Positions 9,605-17,825 of a DNA stretch of 64,000 nucleotides are shown here, in pieces (the stretch's first letter is position 1; each line of letters starts with the position of its first letter). The stretch comes from a virus: the IMG/VR virus record IMGVR_UViG_3300027782_000035; one strand, given 5' to 3'. Made by a program: the position numbers and the translations under genes. The notes below the pieces were generated by a model. It had not been told where the DNA came from and made no database searches. It worked only from the letters and a program-made list of their open reading frames with translations.

Positions 9605-10146
9605 TGTCCCACCTGTACGTTCTTTTTTCTACGAACCATGTAGTCTGGAATTCCTACGATTCCAGATATAGGTTTATTCTTTTTTAACTTAATCGCAGCT
9701 TGATCTGTTGAAGTAGAAGTGCCTGTAGTATTTACTATAGCGCCATCTTCATGGAGTTTCATAAACTTTTCTATAAGAATCTCTTCTTCTACTAAAGTAA
9801 TATTACTACCTTCTAGAAGATCGATTGTTTCTTGCAGTTCACCTTGAGTTATTTTTCTTCCATTGACATAAGACTCTTTGATAAGCCAATACGCTGCGAC
9901 AAGACTCTTAAGTTTATTGTCACCACCAGGAAGTTTAGCAAGGATGCGCTTTAAAGAAAACACTAGTTTGTCGAGTTGAGTATAGGAATCTTTTTCATCT
10001 TCGGTTTTAAGATCGCGCGTCTTCTTAAGAGGCTTACCATCCTTATCGATGATCCCGTATTTGTATGCTTGCGTTTTCTCGAATGGAGTAACGAGCATAT
10101 ACAAAATCTTAAAAGCTATAAGATTATTGATAATTCTACCAGCCAT
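9601..10146 (-). CDS. conserved T4-like phage hypothetical protein
   Basis: AYKYGIIDKDGK motif; translationally coupled to neighbours. Confidence 0.7.
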   Translation of the reverse strand: MAGRIINNLIAFKILYMLVTPFEKTQAYKYGIIDKDGKPLKKTRDLKTEDEKDSYTQLDKLVFSLKRILAKLPGGDNKLKSLVAAYWLIKESYVNGRKITQGELQETIDLLEGSNITLVEEEILIEKFMKLHEDGAIVNTTGTSTSTDQAAIKLKKNKPISGIVGIPDYMVRRKKNVQVGQ

Positions 10147-10517
10147 TAAAGTTTCCTTAAAGCTATTACTACATCTTTGTCTAAAACAATGTTAGACAAC
10201 TTAATTCCACATTCTTCTATCTCGTCGGGCATTCTATTAAGATATACTAGAAAGGTGACTAATATAGGCCAGTCTTCTTCATCTATCTTTAAGAATAACA
10301 TCTTGGTGAGAGCATCGCCAAACAAATTATAAAGAACTATAATATGATTGAGAATAAGTCTTTCTCTTAGTTCTGCACTGCTCTTATATCTTGAAAATAA
10401 TTTCTTAAGATATAAGAGCCTTTTCAGATCTTCTTCAAATTCTTGTACGCTATGACACTGCGGATTATCATAGTGATGCATAGCATACAAGAGAAAATTA
10501 CCATCATTCAATTTCAT
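10146..10517 (-). CDS. conserved T4-like phage hypothetical protein
   Basis: YAMHHYDNPQC...ERLILNHIIVLYN family pattern. Confidence 0.7.
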   Translation of the reverse strand: MKLNDGNFLLYAMHHYDNPQCHSVQEFEEDLKRLLYLKKLFSRYKSSAELRERLILNHIIVLYNLFGDALTKMLFLKIDEEDWPILVTFLVYLNRMPDEIEECGIKLSNIVLDKDVVIALRKL

Positions 10518-10523
10518 AATAAG

Positions 10524-10541
10524 TAGGGACCGAAGCCCCTA
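10524..10541 (-). terminator. UUCG-capped intergenic stem-loop (terminator or stabiliser)
   Basis: TAGGGGC-TTCG-GTCCCTA; U tract weak. Confidence 0.5.
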
Positions 10542-10544
10542 TAA

Positions 10545-11105
10545 TTAGGTACCGAATGTTAATGTTGCTGCGTCGGAATTAACCTTAACTGCACCAGTTG
10601 TAGAAGATACTACTACACGATATTGAGAAGCGCTATCGGCAGAAACTTGTCCTGTTAAAGCAAGTGTAGCATTGGTTGCGCTAGCAACGTTAGCCCAGCG
10701 TGCTGTTGAGCTAGCACGCTTTTGCCATTGATACGTCGGTGAACCTGTAGAAGAAGTTGCAGTAACTCCAAAGGTTGCTCCACCTGAGCTTGTTGTTTGA
10801 TTAGCCGGTTGTACGCTAATAGTGATAGATACTTCTGTATCAGCGACGATAGTATCGTCAGCTGCATCACCTGATGTTGCATTAGCAACTGACATTGCAA
10901 TTAGCAATTCAGATTTATAGCGTGATTCGCCATTAGAACCTTTGTATTCATCGACTAACCACCAACCCGCGCCAAGGATACCCTTGTCTTTGTTAGTCTT
11001 TAGTAGTGCTTCTTCTCTAGAAACGAATACTGCTTTTGCTTTGTCTGCAGTAGATAGGTACTTTGGTTTGCTACCTGTTGCGTCTGTGTTTCCCCATAGT
11101 GGCAT
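10545..11105 (-). CDS. virion protein with C-terminal Ig-like domain
   Basis: MPLWG N-terminus; ISVQPANQT...TYQWQK...YRVVVS Ig pattern. Confidence 0.75.
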   Translation of the reverse strand: MPLWGNTDATGSKPKYLSTADKAKAVFVSREEALLKTNKDKGILGAGWWLVDEYKGSNGESRYKSELLIAMSVANATSGDAADDTIVADTEVSITISVQPANQTTSSGGATFGVTATSSTGSPTYQWQKRASSTARWANVASATNATLALTGQVSADSASQYRVVVSSTTGAVKVNSDAATLTFGT

Positions 11106-11120
11106 GGTTTTCTCCTTGAA

Positions 11121-12341
11121 TTATTTGGTTAATTTATTAATCGCTTGGTCGACGCCTTCACGACGCTTCCAAGATTTAGCTTTATACTTATCAGCAAGTG
11201 ATGTAGAGGCAGCTTTCATTCCAGGGCTTCTTGCTTTCTTTGCCTGATTTTCAAAATCAGCTCCTATTTTACGAGTAATCGTAGAATCACGTGATGCTTT
11301 CTTAGCATAATCACCTAATGTCGTTTTGCTTAGTTCATCTAATTGCTCATATTGTTCCATGAAAGAATCAAATCCTTCTTCCATTATAGAGTCAAATGTT
11401 TCTTCATCTAATGCAATTAGGAACTCTACAGCCTCGGCGAACTTATCTTTCTTTGGACGTCCTCTACCGCGCTTTGGTTCATCCTTTGCTTTCTCAGCAG
11501 TATCATTATCGGCGAATCTGCGTGTTGCGACTACGCCTGTAGAAGTTTTCTTGATATCGTGACGAGCACCAGCACCAGTTACACGATCAGTATCAAATTT
11601 CTTTTTATACTCTGGTGTTCCTGGCCATAAAGCTTCGTCAACAGTATCTTCTTTACGAAGAAGTTTAAAGTCGTGTTTGTCAAGCTTGCCGTTCTTATTT
11701 TTGTCAAGATCGTGTTGATTGCCCTTAAGTTCTTCTTTCGTAGTGTGCTGTTCAATAAAAGATTTATACGATTTCTTTTCTTCCTTCATTTCTTCTTCTC
11801 CTTTGTTGAAGATGATTTTGTGAGCTTTGTGCTTGCGGCCCTTTTTGTCTAGTTTATAGTCATCGCTATCTTGTTCAGTCTCTTCATTGAAGTGACTATG
11901 AGCCACTGTTGTTTTTGTTGAAGAAGTCTTTGGGCGTGTTAAGTGAACTTTGTCACCTTCACGATGTGCATGAACATTACTATTAGTCTCATCTTTAAAA
12001 GAAGTCTTTTCGCCATCTTTTAATTTCTTAATAGCGCTTTGATGTTCTGGATGTAGAGGATATGATGTACTTGAACCATGATGTACAGTTACCATCTTAC
12101 CCCAGCTATACTTATCTTTCTTGACAGTTACTGCTTCATCTAGTTCAATCTCTTCATTGGCTTTACGAAGAGCTTTCTGTATTGCGGGATGATCAGATAG
12201 ACCGGGCTTTAGTTTATCCATAGCCTTAGTGGCACCTGTCATATTTCCACCAACATAACGTTTGTCATTAGCAATACCAATGCCCTGTTTGACATCTTTT
12301 TGAGTCATGCGTTTTTCTAAAATTTTTGTTATAACCGACAT
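11121..12341 (-). CDS. probable internal head protein, mosaic, with EF-hand-like and AT-hook motifs
   Basis: DKNKNGKLDKHDF, KRGRGRPKK and several LDE/VDE sites. Confidence 0.6.
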   Translation of the reverse strand: MSVITKILEKRMTQKDVKQGIGIANDKRYVGGNMTGATKAMDKLKPGLSDHPAIQKALRKANEEIELDEAVTVKKDKYSWGKMVTVHHGSSTSYPLHPEHQSAIKKLKDGEKTSFKDETNSNVHAHREGDKVHLTRPKTSSTKTTVAHSHFNEETEQDSDDYKLDKKGRKHKAHKIIFNKGEEEMKEEKKSYKSFIEQHTTKEELKGNQHDLDKNKNGKLDKHDFKLLRKEDTVDEALWPGTPEYKKKFDTDRVTGAGARHDIKKTSTGVVATRRFADNDTAEKAKDEPKRGRGRPKKDKFAEAVEFLIALDEETFDSIMEEGFDSFMEQYEQLDELSKTTLGDYAKKASRDSTITRKIGADFENQAKKARSPGMKAASTSLADKYKAKSWKRREGVDQAINKLTK

Positions 12342-12794
12342 TTATACTCCTTTTAAGGATGCTGTTATCATCCATGCGTGTTTTTTATGCGTATCAATTC
12401 TTTCGGCAATGAAATTGGCCAAGCCTTGTTCATTAGCTGAAGATGCAAGCGCAAATGTTTTGTTGAGACAATCAATAACTTCGTTATTGTCTGTTGCTAA
12501 ACTATTTAGCATATCTTTCACGGTATTGTCTACAATAGCTGTATTTTCAGTTAAAGTAGAATATGTATATAATTCTGTTAAGCTCCTTGGAGCATATGCT
12601 CCAAGCTTTCTAATATTTTCTGCAAATGGATCTATGGCGTCATATAAGTCAAGGTAGAGATTGCCAAAGAAATCGTGATACTGGCTGAAGTGTATTCCTT
12701 CAACGTTCCAGTGAAAACCTTGTGTCTTATAATGCATTACAGCTGTATTCGCCAGACAGCTTTTAAGTGAATTCGTTAGTTCATTCATTTTCAA
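12342..12794 (-). CDS. dps: Dps mini-ferritin
   Basis: HWNV.G..F..YH, D..AE.IR and K.AWM motifs. Confidence 0.93.
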   Translation of the reverse strand: MKMNELTNSLKSCLANTAVMHYKTQGFHWNVEGIHFSQYHDFFGNLYLDLYDAIDPFAENIRKLGAYAPRSLTELYTYSTLTENTAIVDNTVKDMLNSLATDNNEVIDCLNKTFALASSANEQGLANFIAERIDTHKKHAWMITASLKGV

Positions 12795-12800
12795 TACCTA

Positions 12801-14543
12801 TTATTTGGTGTACGTTTTGTGTGTTAAACGATCATTCTCTACTCTGCGTACTCTTGGTACTAGCTTCATAGCAATTCTATTTAATACTGTTTTTCTTTTT
12901 TGAATTGTACGTTCAATTCTTTCCTTCTCTGCAACAGATAATGTACTTAGAGGTTTTCTTGCTAATCTTTGTTTCATTAGATTAACAGCAAGTCTACGTG
13001 CTCTATTATTAATTACCTTATTACTGGAGCGCATATTTAGTGCAATCTTTTGTCTACGAGTGCGCTTAGCTTGCGTCTTTGCAAATCTCATTTTTGCTTT
13101 AATTCTTTCGCTACGGGAAAGAACTTCCATGATGACTTCTTCTTTAACGTCAATTATATGCTCTCCAGTTTCATCATCAATGATTGACAGTTCTTCGTCA
13201 TCGTATGCTTCTAGATAATCATCATCAGTCATACTGCTTATCATATCATCAATGTCTTTATCTTGGAAACCAGATTCGCCTTCGCCAACATCAGCGCCAA
13301 TATCTATATCATCTTCTGTACCAAGTGAAGCTTCACCTAGCTTGTATTTAATTTTCATTCTGCGGTGAGTATCTGTATTTCCGCTAAGCGATGAACCTAC
13401 TTTAGTATGACCTTCTTTATCAGAATGTTCTGCTTCTTGATCAGACTCATTATCCTTTACAGTATTCTTTGTAGCAACTTCTTCTGCTACTTTACCTGCT
13501 ACTATTTTACGATCGTATTTGATTCCAGCATCAGTAGCCATCTGTAACATATTGCTAATGATAGACCATGCTTCTGGTGTAAGGCGCTTGTTTTTAATTG
13601 CACGCAATCCTTGATTGACCATGTTTTCTGGTCCGCTCTTTTCATCTACATCTGTTACTCCCAGTGATGATGCCACTATTCGAGCGACTTTAATTTTATC
13701 TGCTGGAGAGAATTTCATTTCTTGTAATCCCTGTTTGAATTGTTTGTCAGACATTTGAATATCCTGCGGCCACTTGCTTATTAATTCACCTTGTTCATTC
13801 TGAAGTAGCAAGTGGTTTGAACCGCGTTTAACTATCTTATATACCACGCCTTCAGACTCTACTATCTCATCAATATGAAATATCTCGCCAGCAAAATACT
13901 TTTCGCGAAGTTCATTAGTTTCAAACTTAACTTGTTCTTTTACTGCTTCTACGCCCATGCCTTCGCGAATCTCATTCATTAAACGCTTGCCGTCTAAATC
14001 AGTAAGTGTATGAGGTAAGCCTTTTTTGAAGGAAGTATAATCACCTTTCTTTGCAGCTTCTCTCATCTTAGTGCCTGACATACCTGAAGCAGTGTCAGCA
14101 TCTGGATCACGTTCTCCAGCAGATACTACTTCTACCGTATCAAAGTTGAATACATCGCCGTTATACTTGTTAAGAAGTTTAGTATACTCTGGAACGCGAT
14201 CAGAACCAGCGATCATTACTAAATTTTTATATTTTTTGGAAAGAAACTTTGCTGCTTCCATGAATGTTCTAATCTCTTCGCTTGCTGCAGCAAAGTTAGT
14301 CCTAGGAAACATTCTTTTAAGGTAATATACCTTACGATCTACTGGAAGTGGATTGGATTTTTTGTCATGAGTTCGTGATGCGAATATGACATGATCTGCC
14401 TTCTGTGCAGAGGCAATTCTTTTGACTGCATTAACTAGTAGTTCATGCCCTGTAGTAGGAGGTTGAAATCTACCAAATGCAAATACGACTTTTTTAGAGG
14501 GCAACTCTTTAACGAGTTGTCTATATTTTTTCATATGCTCCAT
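12801..14543 (-). CDS. cytidylyltransferase-like (HIGH-class, NMNAT-like) nucleotidyltransferase with acidic and basic C-terminal regions
   Basis: FGRFQPPTTGH (T/HxGH), GSDR, MSGTKMR. Confidence 0.85.
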   Translation of the reverse strand: MEHMKKYRQLVKELPSKKVVFAFGRFQPPTTGHELLVNAVKRIASAQKADHVIFASRTHDKKSNPLPVDRKVYYLKRMFPRTNFAAASEEIRTFMEAAKFLSKKYKNLVMIAGSDRVPEYTKLLNKYNGDVFNFDTVEVVSAGERDPDADTASGMSGTKMREAAKKGDYTSFKKGLPHTLTDLDGKRLMNEIREGMGVEAVKEQVKFETNELREKYFAGEIFHIDEIVESEGVVYKIVKRGSNHLLLQNEQGELISKWPQDIQMSDKQFKQGLQEMKFSPADKIKVARIVASSLGVTDVDEKSGPENMVNQGLRAIKNKRLTPEAWSIISNMLQMATDAGIKYDRKIVAGKVAEEVATKNTVKDNESDQEAEHSDKEGHTKVGSSLSGNTDTHRRMKIKYKLGEASLGTEDDIDIGADVGEGESGFQDKDIDDMISSMTDDDYLEAYDDEELSIIDDETGEHIIDVKEEVIMEVLSRSERIKAKMRFAKTQAKRTRRQKIALNMRSSNKVINNRARRLAVNLMKQRLARKPLSTLSVAEKERIERTIQKRKTVLNRIAMKLVPRVRRVENDRLTHKTYTK

Positions 14544-14563
14544 CAATTATTAAACTGTACTAC

Positions 14564-14800
14564 TTATTTATTCTTTTCGTGTTCTTGGTTATCAAAATCA
14601 GGTAACATCTTTGGAGTTACCGGTGACTCACCTGGAGTCATCTTCTTACGATGTAGGGTAAGTTTATCAGTGCCTTCATAACCAATGTTATTTTCTTCTT
14701 TTATACAAGAACCCGGAGCGCATGGCTTAGTTCCCGGCTTACGCTTGTAGTTTTTCCAACAATCGCAAGCTTCTTTAAAAAAATGTTTAAACGCTAACAT
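14564..14800 (-). CDS. small probable internal head protein
   Basis: MLAFKHFFKE start coupled by TAATG; CW..Y...GTK...PGSC motif. Confidence 0.55.
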   Translation of the reverse strand: MLAFKHFFKEACDCWKNYKRKPGTKPCAPGSCIKEENNIGYEGTDKLTLHRKKMTPGESPVTPKMLPDFDNQEHEKNK

Positions 14801-15729
14801 TAGCAATTCCACTTTCTAAGAGCTTTATTAATTCTAGAATCAGGATCTTTGGCAGTCTTAGCAGAAGTTAGCTTACTCTTCATACCACCCATTCTAGCAC
14901 AGAAAGACTTACGACGATTTGCTGCTTTGCTACCAGCTTTTAATTCTGATGGTGGAGTGGTGACTGGTGCTTGTAAGTGAGCACCTTTAGCATTGTATGC
15001 GTCACGACCTTTTTGTGTTAGACCACCAGTAGAACTTTTGTGTCCCTTAGCGTCAACTGCAGCTTCGTATAACTCTTCATCATCAATTGACTCAAACTTT
15101 TCCCAAATGACTTCTGGGTCAATGTTATGCTTGTTTGCTAACTCTGTAACCATTTCTTCGATAAGGTCAAACTGCTCATCAGCTGATAGTTCTTCTTTAA
15201 TGTTTTTACCATAGATAACTTTTGATGATGATTTCATTGGCTTCTTCCACTTTGCATTATAAGCATCACGACTCATAGCACCCTTCATCATCTTTTCAAA
15301 ATCCATCTTTTGTTGTGGAGTTTGTGCTTCGTCTAGTTCTTCAGATAACCCCATAGCTGTGGCTACCTTTTTGTCGCCATGCTTGTGTCGTAGATATGCT
15401 GAAATTGCATGATCTTTAGTACGATATTCTGAAGTGTCGACTATCTTTTGTTGCCCTTTGATCATGGTACGTAAAGTCTTAATGTCATGTTGCTTCAATG
15501 CTTTGTATTCTTTTGCGACTGGATGCTCCGGATCTATCGCTTCACCAAGATCAAATTGTTCTTTAACTTTGGTCTGAGATGCTTTAAAGTCAGCAGCAGT
15601 TGGACGACCCTTTTCACCGGGTTTACGCATACGTTCGCCAGAACCAGCTTTAATTCTTTTACGTTTAGCGTGAATATTATCCCATAATCCACGCTCACCT
15701 TCTTCTAGGTAACTTTTAAACGATATCAT
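14800..15729 (-). CDS. probable internal head protein (basic modules, DUF6321-like C-terminus from recall)
   Basis: MISFKSYLEE start; GLWDNIHAKRKR and RRKSFCARM...ALRKWNC. Confidence 0.65.
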   Translation of the reverse strand: MISFKSYLEEGERGLWDNIHAKRKRIKAGSGERMRKPGEKGRPTAADFKASQTKVKEQFDLGEAIDPEHPVAKEYKALKQHDIKTLRTMIKGQQKIVDTSEYRTKDHAISAYLRHKHGDKKVATAMGLSEELDEAQTPQQKMDFEKMMKGAMSRDAYNAKWKKPMKSSSKVIYGKNIKEELSADEQFDLIEEMVTELANKHNIDPEVIWEKFESIDDEELYEAAVDAKGHKSSTGGLTQKGRDAYNAKGAHLQAPVTTPPSELKAGSKAANRRKSFCARMGGMKSKLTSAKTAKDPDSRINKALRKWNC

Positions 15730-16955
15730 CTTTGCCATCCTTTTATTATGTCGGCTGAGAAATTAGCCTTACTGAATTCCATACGATCTACGATCTTTAC
15801 TGCTCCACCGGTGAGGTGATCAATAGCAACAAATCCTTCTACGCCAGTTGTTTTAAATCCACTTGCTGTTCTAAGGAAAGTACTAATGTGACCAGCTTGA
15901 TTCATTTTATTTATGATCATTGCTTTTGCTTCAACTAATACATTGACTAAATCGAATATAGCTACGATCTGATTTTGGTCATGATGTGCAAAGAAGTTTA
16001 AGACTTTCTTTCTCTTATCGTCTTGTGCTTTCTTTCCTGCTGGTGTTGATCGCTTTTCAATTTCTTTTTCATACTTGTCGTGAATATAGTGAAATAGTTC
16101 ACGCACATGGGTTTTAGTATCAACAATTTGTTCTGACTTTTTAATCTTAGAATTGTTGAACGTTTTAACTGCAAGTAGTAAGTCTTCATCGCCGCTTATC
16201 CCATTTAGAGTTGGTGCGCTGATAGAACTAAATAACTTACCAGCACGTGACAAAACTTCTGTTACCTTCTTCGTTTCTTCAGCAGTAAAGGTAGCAGTAC
16301 CGGAATAATCATGATAGTTTGCGTCGTCCATCCATATACTCGGAACGGCTGTAAACTTGTCTACAATCGTTTTGCCAAAGCTAGCGCTCATAGATTCAAA
16401 TGAATTACCTGTATATGTAGTATGCCATACTACTCCAATCTTGGCAGAACGTATCTTCTTGCCAAGTTCCGAGTTAAATGGAACTGCATATACAATAGTG
16501 TTTGGGTGGAAGGTGATATACTTTTCACCATCGATAGTCTCAGTCTTCTTATCATTAGTAAACATCAAGTCACCTTGATATACACCTGATTTTATACCGA
16601 GTTTTGAAAGTTCTTTTAATGCTGTCTTAAACTTCTCGGCTAAATCGCCAGAAGTATCTGCATCAATTTCTTTTGGTGTCTTGTAGATTTTAGGTTCTTT
16701 GTTAAAGACGCCCTTCTTAGCAACAAAGAATTTTCCATCGCGTGGATCTATACCAGCGAAAATAGCAGGAGCTCCGTCCCACTTTACCGTTGCAGTAATT
16801 TTACTTTTGCTATGACCAGCAAGCATGTCGCGAAGAGATAGAAGGAATGCAATCGCTTTGCGCGTACCAGTTACACCTTCGTTGAAGACGAGATCTTCAA
16901 CGTGTTCCATGTGCGTATTTTTTTCTTCTTTTATGAACTCTTTTAATTTTAGCAT
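15726..16955 (-). CDS. conserved phage protein (DUF6267-like from recall) with covalent nucleotidyltransferase/ligase motifs
   Basis: KWDG (I), QGD (III), EGFV (IV), VKIV (V); N-terminus MLKLKEFIKE. Confidence 0.65.
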   Translation of the reverse strand: MLKLKEFIKEEKNTHMEHVEDLVFNEGVTGTRKAIAFLLSLRDMLAGHSKSKITATVKWDGAPAIFAGIDPRDGKFFVAKKGVFNKEPKIYKTPKEIDADTSGDLAEKFKTALKELSKLGIKSGVYQGDLMFTNDKKTETIDGEKYITFHPNTIVYAVPFNSELGKKIRSAKIGVVWHTTYTGNSFESMSASFGKTIVDKFTAVPSIWMDDANYHDYSGTATFTAEETKKVTEVLSRAGKLFSSISAPTLNGISGDEDLLLAVKTFNNSKIKKSEQIVDTKTHVRELFHYIHDKYEKEIEKRSTPAGKKAQDDKRKKVLNFFAHHDQNQIVAIFDLVNVLVEAKAMIINKMNQAGHISTFLRTASGFKTTGVEGFVAIDHLTGGAVKIVDRMEFSKANFSADIIKGWQR

Positions 16956-16972
16956 TTTGTCTTTATAGTATT

Positions 16973-17001
16973 ATTATACCACAAATTTGATTTATTGTAC
17001 A
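16973..17001 (-). promoter_or_regulatory. promoter TGTACA-N17-TATAAT
   Basis: Exact family match upstream of 16955. Confidence 0.75.
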
Positions 17002-17029
17002 TATAGAACTAAAGTAATACTTTAACATA

Positions 17030-17761
17030 TTAGATACTTACTATTACGCCAGTTGAAGCAACTTTATCAGTAACAACAATTCGTCCAGCCGAGTCACCTC
17101 TAGAAGGACTTACTCCATATATCTTTGGAACTCCAGATTTGTCTTTTGCAAGTGGATCAAAACGCTGATCTTCACGACGTGCTCTAAGTCTAAAATAGAG
17201 TTCATGTTCTTGAGCATATTGTTTTGCTGGTATTAATTGACCATTTGAAAGTGTCAACACATTAGTTTTAGGATCATATTTATGAGAGACATCCATTTTA
17301 CCAATGTACATAAAGTCAATAGGTCCACCCATTAGAACATTGCCAATAACAATTTTTAATTTATTGTTACCAGAAATTTTTCCAAATACGTCTGGAACTT
17401 TGTCTCCAGGATTAAGCATTGTGTTGAGTTTAGCATGAGATGTTTTTAAAAACTTAGCAGCAATTCCAGGTACAGCTAATTCTAAGCCTTTCAATCCACC
17501 ACCAGCTAAAGAAGGTGCAGATTCACCTTTTAGCGAACAATTTATAGGCTTAGCTTTTTTGTCGTGCAAAAATATTTGCACGTCAGTGTACGGTTCAGAT
17601 CCACCCTCTTGTCGTCCAGTAAACTTCTCTGCGTTAATTACTCCAGTGATTTTAGTCTTTCCGGCTATTATAGTAATGGGATTACCTTTGTTTGTTTTAA
17701 CTGCTAGTTTAATAGCATTAACTACGCCGGTTTCTTGTCTTTCTGCTGATGCACCTGCCAT
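17030..17761 (-). CDS. hypothetical late protein, possible PD-(D/E)xK nuclease fold
   Basis: QE helix, TD, then SLK pattern; late promoter upstream. Confidence 0.45.
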   Translation of the reverse strand: MAGASAERQETGVVNAIKLAVKTNKGNPITIIAGKTKITGVINAEKFTGRQEGGSEPYTDVQIFLHDKKAKPINCSLKGESAPSLAGGGLKGLELAVPGIAAKFLKTSHAKLNTMLNPGDKVPDVFGKISGNNKLKIVIGNVLMGGPIDFMYIGKMDVSHKYDPKTNVLTLSNGQLIPAKQYAQEHELYFRLRARREDQRFDPLAKDKSGVPKIYGVSPSRGDSAGRIVVTDKVASTGVIVSI

Positions 17762-17788
17762 ACAAACTCCATCTATAAAGTAATAATA

Positions 17789-17796
17789 TATTTATA
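17789..17796 (-). promoter_or_regulatory. T4-type late promoter TATAAATA
   Basis: Exact gp55 consensus in an intergenic gap. Confidence 0.75.
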
Positions 17797-17824
17797 AAAC
17801 TAAAATCGCCCCGAAGGGCGATTT
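17797..17824 (-). terminator. rho-independent terminator ending the modification operon
   Basis: AAATCGCCC-TTCG-GGGCGATTT followed by TAGTTTT. Confidence 0.8.
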
Positions 17825-17825
17825 G

